DNA of 60,450 bases, counting the filler, from Platydemus manokwari (Eukaryota), in the NCBI GenBank assembly GCA_037951405.1. It is 5 parts of 5 records of this genome, joined end to end, with 100 filler letters (N's around TTAATTAATTAA, not from the genome) between each part and the next. Parts side by side here need not be neighbours in the genome. Positions count along the whole stretch, not along the records: positions 37,354 to 49,767 come from JBBMOY010147788.1; positions 49,868 to 60,450 come from JBBMOY011121996.1; 3 more parts are not named here. One strand, written 5' to 3'. The notes below the pieces were generated by a model that did no database searches, was not told the DNA's origin, and saw only the letters and a program-made list of their open reading frames with translations. Made by a program: the position numbers and the translations under genes. The first letter of the stretch is position 1. Each line of letters begins with the position of its first letter. Below, piece by piece: positions 39,725 through 52,171 of the stretch.

Positions 39725-40489
39725 TGTTAGCCGCTAATAATTTTAAAAACTACACATTAAAAAGAAACTAAAAAGTTAAGACACAATCAATCTATTTTAA
39801 ATCCACATATCTAAACAAAGATTTCCAATTTTAAATTAATTTAATTTTTTATAAAATTAAATTAAATCTCAATAAAATCTGAAAAAATTTGAATAAAATG
39901 TGTATTGAAATTGTTTTTAATTAAATAGAAATTTAATTGATGTAAAATATCTCACATCCCACTTTTTTAAAATCTTTGATTCTGTTTGTTCTCTCTCTGT
40001 CTTGAATAATCTACATATCTCATTACAAGAAAACTCCAATTCTTCTATTTCTTAATAACTTCTTTTTCATCTCCATTATAACTTCTTCTATATCTTCTAT
40101 TATATCTTCTTTTATTTCTTCTATTATATATTCTTATTATATCTCCTTTTATATCTCCTTTAATATATCATCTTTTCATCTCTTCTTCAAATTCTTTATC
40201 TCTTTCTTATATCTTCTTTATAATTTACATTTGTGTATCTTTTTAGGATCGATTCCGGATTCTTGGTCGCCGTGCTAACCGCTACTATTTAAAAAAGAAA
40301 CTGAAAAGTTAAGACACAATCAATCTATTTTAAATCCAAATATTTAAACAAATATTTTCAATTTTACATTAATTTTATTTTTTATAAAATTAAATTAAAT
40401 CTCAATAAAATCTGAATAAATTTGAATCAAATTTGAATTGAAATTGTTTTTAATTAAATAAAAATTGATTTGATGTAAAATATCTCACA
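39725..40489 (-). mobile_element. TRIM-like non-autonomous LTR retrotransposon (LTRs 39725-39956 and 40273-40489)
   Basis: Two similar ~220-230 bp direct repeats with TG..CA ends. On the minus strand a PBS-like (C)GGCGACCAAGA follows the 5' LTR and a PPT AAAAAAGTGGGA precedes the 3' LTR. The interior is 316 bp, non-coding and purine-rich on the minus strand. No TSD. Confidence 0.8.
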
Positions 40490-42721
40490 GCGATTTCAAA
40501 ATTAATTTTATATCTCAAACAAAGAATCACATTTTGAAAAAATCGGTTTCGTTTGATTAAATGAAATTATTGATTAACAACAAATAAGCGTTGATATGGA
40601 TAATTTTCGATTACATAAAACTATTTGATCGAATTATGTTAAACAAATTGGTAGAAAATACTTGTATTCATTTTGATATTGGTTATTATATTTCGAATTA
40701 TTAGCTTTTGACACCAAATAATCGATAGCATTTGGAAATTTGTTTTGAATTTGAGGTGTAAATTAAATAGTGAAGTCAGATAATTTTCAGTTAAAATTGA
40801 AAACAAAACTACAACAAATGAGCAATAAGTTATTGCTAAAAGAAGAGATACGAAATATTAAAAATGATTCGAAATAATTTTATTTTTAGAATCTTGAAAT
40901 GTTATTGTGTTTTATGAAACACAAAAGCAACAAATTTTATGCGCGATTTGTATCACTGAAAAAAACATTTACATGATATCACTATTTGCATCAAATGAAA
41001 TAGAATTTTTGTGTTTTAGTTTGAAACAAAACAATATAACAATGATGAGAATTCATATCAAGTTAAATATACAGTAAAACTAAAAACTTACCATTAAAGA
41101 TAGAAAATCTGTTGCGCTTTTAATAGTGAACAGAAAATTGAGATTTCAATCGAAATGATTTATGACTCATGTTAAAATGATTATATTTTTATATGCTGAT
41201 GTTCAATCACTATAGCAAAAATGTGCCTTATTAATAAATGATGACGAAAATATTTAAATTCGAATCATGCAGAAAAATGAATCATCATTATCATGACATT
41301 AAGCGTCACAGTAAAAATTATTATTTTATTATTAATATTATAATAATAATTATTATTTTTCTAATGAGAGCAAAAGTATTTAATAAAATCTAAAGATATT
41401 TTTATATATTATAATCAAAATAAATCTTTATTATTTATCATGTTCTTGACTCGTCAATGCATTTGTTATTAACACCCAATTATATTAAAATTTTGTTAAT
41501 AAATTGAAATAAACTTGGATTGAAAATATATTCGCACAAGAACAAATCGGCATTGTTCGATGTACGTCAATTTTGTATTGAAAGCTATTTTTTGTATTTT
41601 AAGACAAATTTGAACAAAAAATCCCTGTATAAATATAGAAATTCTGAATAAATAATTTATTATTTTATTTTCCCAAATCAAATCTTTCAATATTTATGAA
41701 ACTACCACACTGAAATTAATATACTAAATATGCCTGGCGTTTTCATGTAAATTGCAATTGCAGGGTTGCTAGATAAATAATTGTTATAGTAACGCATAAA
41801 TGTATTTTAGTAACAATATTTCACACAATCCATATATATGTAAAAGAAAATATAATCGATAAATGTGTCCGAATATCAGAGACTGTGCAACACGAAATAA
41901 ATCACAGTACTCGAAAATTAACCAAATTTTGGATGCATCCTGTGCTTAGTTAATAAGATTAGTGTTGTCGTCTAATCTGTCTATCTAGTGAATTGCTTTC
42001 TTAAATCGCCCGATATTTACCTTTCTTTAAATGATTTGAAAAATTTATAAAATTTATAAAAATATTTATATTTCAAAAGATAAACTAAATTCTAATAAAC
42101 AATTATTTCAAATAAACAACACAATAACACCGTTTGTCATCACATTTTCCTCTTTGATTTCTTCTTTTAAAATTTCCTGTAGTCACCTCTTTCATTAGAG
42201 ATATCACCACAACTTTTAAATGATCACGCAATTAAAGCGTCTATAAAAAATCGATTGAATAAATTGGTATAACGTTGATATGTTTTATTTGGCTTATTAA
42301 ATAAAACAAACTTCTCTAAAGATGAAAATTGAAATTGTTCCAGCATATCTAATTGAAGAATGATATTAATTATCACAATTGAATTCATCATTTTAAATTA
42401 AAATGTTTAATTTAGGAAATAGATTTTATGTTTTGAAACATGACTATTTATTTGTTACTCTAATTGAACGAATCAATACTATATTTAGTTAGTGTTGGAA
42501 TTGATTGAGATAAAAAACGAAAATAATCTATATCAAACATTCAATGGTGTAGTTTCATAAAAGAAACTAGAGATGATCTAGTTTTATAAGAAAAACTTTG
42601 ATTTTTAAGCATGTTTAAACTTGTAATAATAATATACTTAAACAAGGTATCTGTGACATAATTTGTGTTTTATTTAAATTTTGAATTAGGTAACCATATC
42701 ACAAATCTCAAACACAAAATG

Positions 42722-42738
42722 TGGTGCCCCGAGTGAGG
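42722..42738 (+). mobile_element. tRNA-Met(elongator) primer-binding site of a decayed LTR element
   Basis: TGGTGCCCCGAGTGAGG is complementary to the 3' end (CCA included) of metazoan elongator tRNA-Met. It is a GC-rich island preceded by ...AACACA, a possible LTR end. Confidence 0.6.
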
Positions 42739-45700
42739 AAAAAATTATTTTTTTTATTTGTAATAAGTTTGAAGATTGTTTAATAGATATTATTTGGTGA
42801 CTTAAGTGAAGAGAAAATTTGTTTATTAAAGTTGAAAAAATTATAGATTTAAGTAAAGGTTTGAAGATTGGTTCATAATCAATAATGGGTGCAAGGAAAC
42901 TAAATCTAGTTTAACACCCAACAATAAGTGAACAATTACAAGTTTTAAACAGTTACCTCTGGTTACCTTTGCTAAATATTTCTTGTAGAAATAACTTCAT
43001 ATGTATATCGTATATCTATCTCTGTTCCTGCATCACTCAACAACTTGTGATAATATCGAAATTTTGTGCTCCTTTGTTTTAACTATATCTTCTTTGAGTA
43101 TGATGTGATCATTTCATGTTCTTCTTATTCCACTTTTAATCATTTCTTTTTCTTTATTGTTTATTTGCCATTATTTTTCTATTATTTAGTCAGTCGGCGT
43201 AATTATTTCAATTGATTTCAGGAAAAACACATCAATTAATGGAATTGATGGTTAAGGAGCAGGAGGTCCAGACACTCCAGACGAACAATATTACATTCAC
43301 AGGCAAAGGTCACCACGCTATCACTGCGATATTCGTCGCTCATAAATGGAAAACTCTCTTATCTCAATTATTCAATCATATAAATAAGACACCGAGTACA
43401 GAAAAGGAGTATCTCCACGCTAAAATAGCACCATATCGAATATTCAAAGTTTTAAGGAAGTAATTTTCTTCAAAGACGTCACGTCCTAGAAATCACAAAC
43501 TGTGATGAACGAATTTTCAAAGAGAGAATCTCATTCACCATTGTAACAGTCACTTTGATGGTGTAATTAGGACCCAAAGACATAAACAGATAAAAATAAT
43601 GAAGTATTTTTATCAAAATTTCCTTAATTACATAAAAAATTGAAAATCTAAAAATAGATTCAAATGAATCCATAAATAGATCATAAAACTTAAATATTTA
43701 TATTATTAAATAAATGTAAGAATAGAAAACAATAATAAAAACAAAAAATGAAGAGGCTTGGATCAATATAAAAGTAGAGTGAAATAAGCCATTTAGTAAA
43801 TTGCCATCATTATTATTTCATTAGCTTTTATTTGCATATCACTGGTATGATTTGAATATTTTGTTTTAAAATTCCTTTATCTTATTCCTCAAAAATTTTA
43901 AATGACAAAAATAGACTTCAAACGTAAAATGAAGAAAATCAATTTATAAATGTTTAATCCAAGCATTTCTTTAACTTTAAATAGATTTGCTATTCTAAAT
44001 ATTTCACTCGAATTTAAAATATCAGTGATTGAGAATTCGAATCAACAAGTTAGTGAATTATCGAATATTTGTCACCAGAAAGCAATATTAAAATAGGTCA
44101 TCGAATTACTTCCCGTTTATTGCTATCGACAATCAACAAGCACTCATAACCCCCTTTTAATGTGAAGACCTTTATGATTAGCTTTCATTAAGTTTTGTTA
44201 AAATCTTTATAAAACCAATCTGAACTCGATATGCAAAGGGCAAGCTTCCTTGTCAATCTCAAAATTAAATTTATTGGTCGAATAATTTAAACAATTAATT
44301 AAGATCGGCAAAAGACAGAATGCGATAATTTATTATTAGGAAAAATATCTTTTCAATTTTAATTGGTCCAGAATTCCAAAGATTCATCAATTAATCAATA
44401 ATTACTCTTCAATGCATTTCAATAATAGAATATTAAAACTGATTTCACCTAATTAACAGATGACAAATATCAGTCAATTTTGATTTGATAAAGAATTATC
44501 CAATCAAATTTCGTTAATGAAAAAAATCAATGAAAAATCAACAAAATAATTAACAAGACTTTGTTTGACAAACGACTTACCAACTCTTCTTCTTTCTGTT
44601 TCACCATCAACCGGGCATCGATAGGGTTCTGAAATATCAATATTTCGAAATTGGGCGACAATCAGAATCCAATTACCACTGGCAAACCCTTCATATTATT
44701 CAATCTGTTGGCCAATTGTTCAATTTTTATGTCACACTGTTTAATTTCCTTTTTGCTCATTTCCAAAGTAGACAAACTAAAATTTTCAGGGAAGCCCTCA
44801 TCTTTCAAGCTTTTCTGATCAAATCAAACAATATAAGATTGGTTAAAGATAATTTTTACATTAAAGCTACGATTTTCTTGCCACATGATTCGGCTAAATG
44901 CAAATTTTCTTCTAAACTTAATTTTATCTTTGGCTTTGATTATTTCCTCATTTCCTGTCTCATTAAATCTCCTTTTAATAAAATTTAATTAAATTAATTA
45001 TGCATTAACTCAACGGCTTTAAGTTTATTAAGATTTCCACTAACTCTTTCAGGCATATATTTCCCAAATGATCGTTGTAAGTCTGTAATTGATTTGTTTC
45101 TGAAGTAGTATTATGAACTTCTTCCATAAATGTGGTCAATTTTTCTAAAATAATATTGATAAACTAAACAAATTCTTATTCATTACTAATATTTACGAGC
45201 TTTTTAAATTCAGACTTGCAACTTCCAAACTTTCGCACAAATCGACCATTTCTGATAAATCACTATCGAATTCATTCCAAATTGTTTCAAAACCACAACA
45301 ATTATTTATATTGTTAAAATAATTTTCATAATAGTTATCTAGAAAACATACTTTATAATGGCATAAATGACTCAGAAAATTAACTGTTTTCTTTCAATTG
45401 ATTTAGATATTCCGTTGTTTCTACGTTTATATAGTTCTTAGCTAAATTTAAATCATCTAGAAAGTTATGATCCATAATTTAATTTTAAATAAGAAATTGT
45501 AATTTTAAAATAATAATCGAATATTTAAACAATTGTAAATAATATATTAAACGTAAATGTTTATTTTTGACTACAAAAACAGGGGATAAAACTTACCTTG
45601 TATTTGGTAATGATAGATAAAATTTGAAATAAACGATAACTTAATACACATTTTTTAGGGAATGTTGTCACAAATAAAACCAAAAAATTCGACGAAATCT

Positions 45701-46059
45701 TTTTCGAAATTTTGAGTTAATGAAACGTACTAATCGAGCTAATTTTAAAAACATTTAAGTACATAAATTATTTAACACATGTATTACAAAACAAAGAAGC
45801 ATACATTAAAATTAAAGAAATAAATCATGTGTGAGAAACAGGATAACAAACTAAATTAATGGAATTATTTTATGAAGTAAGTAGCGGCTAAAAATAGAAA
45901 ACTTTACAAGGCTTGAAAACTGATCAAAATTATTTCAAAAACATTTTAAAGGTTATGAATAAAAAATAAAGAAAGAAAACATAAATTAAAAAAAATTTAA
46001 AGTTTAAAAATCATCAAAAATTTATTTCACACCTTTAAAAAAATAGTGAACAATTTAGA

Positions 46060-46425
46060 TCTGAACATTTTTTAAATTCAAGATGAAATCTAGAAAAAAG
46101 ATATCATTAATTCATTAGAAACAACAGGAACTAATTTAAATATTGATATTGTTTTTGAAGCTCAGCAAACTTCAAATCTTGCAGGTATTTGTTAAACCTT
46201 CTTAAGATATGAAATTGAAATTGAATTAAAAAAAGCAAATGATGTTGATCACAACATTACCTTAGAAAAAAAAATTCCTAATTTTTTTGATTCAAGAAAA
46301 TCATTATCTGGAACTCATGAAATTGAAAATATTGAAGCTGTTGGATGATTCTCTAGTTTCATGAATTTTATATTATTAAATAAAGAACATAAAGAAATTG
46401 GTCAGTTAATAAATTGGATACCTAT
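46060..46425 (+). pseudogene. Probable Maverick/Polinton double-jelly-roll major capsid protein, decayed N-terminal fragment
   Basis: GTNLNIDIVFEAQQ...FLRYEIEIELKK...ITLE..PNFFD...THEIENIEAVG*FSSFMNF...GQLINWIP follows my remembered pattern for the Polinton MCP N-terminus. It abuts the pPolB remnant and contains in-frame stops. Confidence 0.5.
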
Positions 46426-46444
46426 AAAACTAAAGTAGCTGTAA

Positions 46445-49275
46445 AACAGATAAAAATATTTCCATAATATGAGTTATTTAATAATTTAAGCAACTCAATA
46501 CATATATCGTCTTTATTTTGTTTGGCTTTAGTTCTTTGATGAATATTGATTTCCACATGACTTTTTAACCAACATTTACTTTCCATAAAACTTTTCTTTA
46601 AATCTTTTTTAATATCATTCCTTGATCTAAAAGAAAATCTAAAGTATCACCTAATACAATATATTTGTTTTTATCTAAATGAGTTAACATCAGTTTTTCT
46701 GTAAAGTCTTTGAGGGTTTTAAACTATGTTGATAAGGAGACAACATGTCATGATTAACTTTTACTTTATGAAGAGCTAGTGGAAAGTATTTAGTTCTTTC
46801 ATGAATTTCTACAGGATATTCTAAATCCACATCATTTGTAAACTGTTTATAGATTTTTGACCTTCCTTTTTCATCATAAAAATCTTGAAACGGTTCTGTT
46901 CTTTCATAACTTTATTCACCGGTTCCCTCGCAGGTCCCCTCATCACTCCAATCCAAATCTCCATATGGTAAAGTTTTATACATACAACTTGAATACAAAG
47001 CGTTTGCATCAAAATATTATAAATGTGTTTCTTTAGATGTATCTTGTGATATTGTGTTTCCTTTTTTCATTAAATCAATTAATTTATTAGGTTCACTTTG
47101 TTCTATGATTTTATAATTTTTAAATCCTTCATTTGCTTTCTCAATGTTTAAATAAAGAGCTCTATTTCCAATTACTTTTGAAAATTCACCACGAACTCCT
47201 TCCTCAAAAAATAATAATTTATCATATGTATCTGCTTTATAATATTTTCACATTATCATGAATATTTTAATTCTGCATCTCAACTTTATCCTGGTGCAGA
47301 ATAACAATAACATAGATCACTTTGATAATATTGAATACAATTGTCTCTTATATTTTCTAGATAATTATCCAATGTTAAAATATCCGATTTTATATAATAT
47401 AACATATACTCTATTAAATTATTAAACTTTAAATTATTATAATCTTGTAACCCTAAATGATATTCATATTCAAATATTCCTTTATCTTTTAATTTTAAGT
47501 AAAATTTATCAATACTTAGAAATTCATTAATATTTAATAAACTATTAAATTGCATAAAAGTATAGCCTTTAACATATTCATAAGGGAATATTTGTTAAAC
47601 TTTTTCAATATTTGACATTTACTCAAGTCTTTATTTAAAATATCTCCATCTTTTCAACAGAAATCCACTACCCTATCAATCTCAATGAATCTAAGAATCT
47701 AATGTTTTTATAACGGAAGTAAATATATTTTTCATCCATGTTTTATCTTTGTTAACATTTTGTGGAGTAATTTTCATTATCTTGTTAAAAACAGATGAAA
47801 ATCATTATTGCTTCCATTATGAAAATAACAAGAAATAAAGAAATTACGAATTGATTTATCATTTAAGTTACAACTGTTACATGCAGCTGCTCTATATTTT
47901 CTGTTATAATTATCATGATCCTTGACTTTCTGTGTAATTAATTTATCACAATAATGATAACTTATAGATTGTTGAAAATCTACCTAATCGTCACCAGTCA
48001 TTATTATATTACTTGATCCATTTTCATTTAAACGTTTAACATCAAATCTTGTACCTGGTAGTATTTTATTAATCTTATCAATTACATTAACAAATTGGTC
48101 AATTAGGTTTTCTCCATATAATTCGATACATCTAGATTCAAATAATGTTTCATAATTACTTTTGATATAAATACCTACTGATATTGGGTTCTGTTCATAA
48201 ACATAAGTTGTCACACCTTGTGTTTGTTGTATAGGTAGGTTAAAAGTTTCAAAATCAGCATATATTACAAATGGAACTTCATTCTTTTAGTAATACTTTT
48301 ATATGTTAAATATTCTTTATTCTTAAATATTGGTTTACTAGGCTTTTGATTTTCGTATTGATCAATATGATTATTATAAAGAGTTTCTGATTTATATTTA
48401 TTTATGCATCTTAAACACGAGAAATGAGAATTAGCAAAGATATACACATTTTTACATAAAAGATAATGGCTACACCGCTCCGCTTGATGAAATAATAAAT
48501 TATAACCTTAAGGGTCTAATGCTTAACATATATGGAGATAAGTTTTGATCTTTATCAATTTCAAAAACATTAAATTCAACTTTCTTACCTATCAAACTTT
48601 CCTTCTAAGGTTATTGGCACTTCTATATTATTTAAATTTAACTCATGTATATGAGGGATATATTTTATTACTCTATTTTTATGATCAGTAGCTGGGTATA
48701 AGTAAGCTAGTACTGACCATATAAAACATTTATCATCAGTATTTTTAATATTTATAATACCTTTTCTTTTAAAAAGAGGTTATATATATGTACCTCTAAC
48801 TAATGATTGATATTTAGATATATGAATCTCAACAGTTTCTGTGTTTTAAGTATCCAAATCGATTCTGTTAATTGTTGTTCTTCAATTTAATATACAAGAT
48901 AGTCTAAATGAAATCTTTAACATCTTCAACGGTTGTAATCATCTTTATATATTTAACATTCATTTTTATCTCTAATTTAAATATGGTTTTAAGTTTAAAA
49001 TATTCATTTACAATCTTATTTATTTCATTATATAAAGAATTAATATTTTTCAATTTTTGTTATTTATTGTCATTTCTAAATTTGAACCATTTTATTTAAT
49101 AAATAATTGAAATCTTATTTAGTATGTGGAGTTTCAAAGATAGTTTGTACATATACGTTAATTTCATTATCGTTTATTTTATGGTCTCTCTATCATAAAT
49201 AACCTGCTAATCTTCCTCCATTTTTACAATCTTTCTCACGTAACTCACATATGAATTTACAAACTTTGGACATTT
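46445..49275 (-). mobile_element. Maverick/Polinton protein-primed family-B DNA polymerase pseudogene (3'-truncated)
   Basis: Ordered motifs on the minus strand: KGIINIKNTDDKCFIWSVLAYLYP; YADFET (ExoI); EndoVII-like VKDHDNYNRKYRAAACNSCNL; YFHNGSNNDFH (ExoII); IFPYEY; YIKSDILTL..LENIR...YSAPG; FFEEGVRG; YFDANALYSSCM (motif A, ~47016-46981); KLLNNSYYG (motif B, ~46490-46460). Many stops and frameshifts. Confidence 0.88.
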
Positions 49276-49767
49276 TTTTATTGAAAAATTTTTTATTTAT
49301 TTTTTTTACAACATTTGAAGGTATTCCAAATCTAAACTCTTTATTATACTTTATAATATTTGTATTTAACACTAATACTTCATATACTAAATTAAACTGC
49401 GCATTGTGATTATTATTTACGAATGAAGCTATGGATTTTAAAATGTTTGAGTTTATTTGAGTTTATATCAATCGATTTTTTATCAGTTAAGAATATTCCT
49501 GTTGAAATGTTTTACGACAATCATGTTTTTTGCTATAAATTATTCTTTTTGAAACTTTCAGGATTATTTTTCATTGACACGATTTGTGTATTGAAAAATA
49601 CCACAACCAGTAGATCACCAAAATCTTTGAGTTGTTCTATAAAATGCACTATCAATTGCTCTTATTCATTAATTTTAACGAGTATTAAAATTCTAGTTGT
49701 CCAAACTAAGCAAACTAAAAGCAAAATGTGCTCCTTTGGATATGGTAGCGATAAATTTCAGTAACCG

Positions 49768-49867
49768 NNNNNNNNNNNNNNNNNNNNNNNNNNNNNNNNN
49801 NNNNNNNNNNNTTAATTAATTAANNNNNNNNNNNNNNNNNNNNNNNNNNNNNNNNNNNNNNNNNNNN
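49768..49867. other. Artificial assembly spacer
   Basis: 44N-TTAATTAATTAA-44N. Confidence 0.97.
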
Positions 49868-50170
49868 AATTTTTTTAAAATTTATTTTTTTAAAAATCTA
49901 ATTATTTTTAAAATATAATTTTTTTAAAATCTAATTTTATAATTTTCCGAAAATCATAAAATTTTCAAAATGCAAACTTTTCTTAAAATCTAAAATTTTT
50001 TTAAATCTATAAATTTTTTAATTTTTAATTTTCTTGAACTTTATAATTTTTTGAAATTTATAAATTTTTACCATCCATTTTTTTACGAAATCTAATTTTT
50101 TCAAAATCTAAATTTTTTTAAAATCTTAATTTTTTTAAAATCTAAAACTTTTTTTAAAATTAAAAATTTT
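49868..50170. repeat. Degenerate AT-rich minisatellite (~17-19 nt unit, aattttttaaaatct-like)
   Basis: Recurrent aaaatctaa..tttttt units at the contig end. Confidence 0.65.
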
Positions 50171-51460
50171 TCCCTTAAAGTTGATAAGAAAAATAAATCA
50201 AGAAAGATGAGCTTTTTGAATTAAACTGAAGAAACAATACATCATTGTTAAAAAAACATGGGATGTATCGAGCTGTTGGTATCGATTGTTTACATGATGG
50301 GTTTTTTAGAAGACTTCCATTCCATAAAAATGTTTGCGACAGTTTTTGAAAATTATACCATTTTATTGGAAGATAGGTTATCGATAGTTTTGTGATTAAA
50401 GTAGATTAAGTTCATAACATGAATGTTGTGAGAAAATCAATAAAATATTTCAGTGTATTCATTCAACTGCAATTCAGATTTTCCATGTGGGTATTTTGTG
50501 AATGTTTTTTCAACAATTTCATATATCAACGTTAATTCAAGTGCTTTACGACATGAATGCTAAAACAAGGCTGGAGACCACTTTACAAAGGTTTCAGTAG
50601 TCGATGAGAAATATCAATGACTTCACTAAGTGATTTTATTCAAAATAATATTTTTGTGAAATCAATTGACCATAAATGACTTAGATCGAGTTAATAGAGA
50701 TCACTAAATGATACTTAACGTACAGAATTATAAATATAATTTCAAGGAAGTTCTCATTTCAAAAAATTCAAGAATAAATTATGATTATATAAATCGATTA
50801 TTTTTAAATCAACATAGAGGATCTCAAAGACAATTTAATTTTTAGTTCAAACCTCATCTTAAAACCAGATATAAGAAATACAAATTTTCTAACATTGTCT
50901 CGATATTGAATATCACCAATAGGAAATTTTACCGTGCAATAATTATTGTTGGTTTTGAAGAGAGAGACGAAAGGAAGTTTTATATCTTCGATTTAAAACA
51001 ACTTAAGAAATCCTTGACAGCTTTAATATTGTATAATATATCGAATAAAGCTGATATTGATTTATTAAGCAAGTGACGATCGGATTTTTGGTTGAAAATA
51101 TTATTTATCAAATAAATGCCATTTAAAATTATTATATTTCATAACCGGGGAACAATTGTTTTCAATTATTTCTTTCTTCTTAAATCTTTTCGAATTATTT
51201 GATTTTTTAAATATTTAAAATGGTTTTTTTTTAAAAAAAATTTGATAAATATTTTAAATAATTTAAATAATTTATGATTTTTTAAAATTTAATTTATCTG
51301 TAATTTTTCAATTTTTAAAACTTTTCAAAATATTCAAATTAATTATATTTAAATTTAAAATTTTTTAAAAAATTAAAATTTGAATATGTGATATTTTATA
51401 AATTATAATTTATTTGTTTTAATTTTGATAATAATACAAAATTATCTTATATCGATTAAA

Positions 51461-52171
51461 ATGAAAAAAATATCTACTGAGAATAAAATACGAGCTGTAC
51501 AAATGTATAAGGATGGGAAAACTCTCAAAGAAGTTGCAGCTGAATTTCAAACATCGATACCGTTGGTGTTTTATTGGTTAAAACATGAGGACAAACTCAA
51601 AAAACGAGCAAATTATAAAAGGACTTTTAATCCAGACAACTCAAAACATAGAAAGTTATCAACAGATGAATCCAATCCAAATTCGGATATGGATTGTCAG
51701 GAATCACATCAACAACAGATTTCACATAATTCAAGCACAACATATTCCATCACTTCTATCCCTATAACAAACATCGGTAGCGATATTATAGAAAAACAGG
51801 AAAAAACCGACACGTCACCCAACATTAATTCATTATATCAAACAAATATAAAACACGAATTATCCAATAATAAACAAAAAACACAAATCAATGAAGATGT
51901 ATTTAGTGTCAGTAGTGTCAGTAGTCTCAGTAAACTTCGACAATTTCAATACACAGAATATCAGATGTTGAAAACCATGGTTGATAAACAGAAAAGTGTT
52001 GCTGAAAATTTGAAAAAGAAAGAAGAAAAATTAATGAATAGTGTGGAGAATGAAGAGAAGAAAATATTGAATAATGAAATCAAAGAATTTAATGATTTAG
52101 TGACGAGTGAATATTTCAGTCAATTTCTTTCTCGATTACATTATTTAGAGAGGATTTTATTTACACCTTGA
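51461..52171 (+). CDS. 236-aa protein with N-terminal CENP-B/psq/pogo-type helix-turn-helix, low-complexity middle and C-terminal coiled coil
   Basis: MKKISTENKIRAVQMYKDGKTLKEVAAEFQTSIPLVFYWLKHEDKL fits the K..S.E.K..a....G.S...vA..f.i....v..W.K...kl pattern. The ORF is intact with ATG at 51461 and has no DDE domain. A K/E-rich heptad region lies near the C-terminus. Confidence 0.8.
   Translation: MKKISTENKIRAVQMYKDGKTLKEVAAEFQTSIPLVFYWLKHEDKLKKRANYKRTFNPDNSKHRKLSTDESNPNSDMDCQESHQQQISHNSSTTYSITSIPITNIGSDIIEKQEKTDTSPNINSLYQTNIKHELSNNKQKTQINEDVFSVSSVSSLSKLRQFQYTEYQMLKTMVDKQKSVAENLKKKEEKLMNSVENEEKKILNNEIKEFNDLVTSEYFSQFLSRLHYLERILFTP

Noticed and set aside
43212-44988. Short ORFs and mildly GC-enriched patches
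   Set aside because: No recognisable homology or splice-consistent model.
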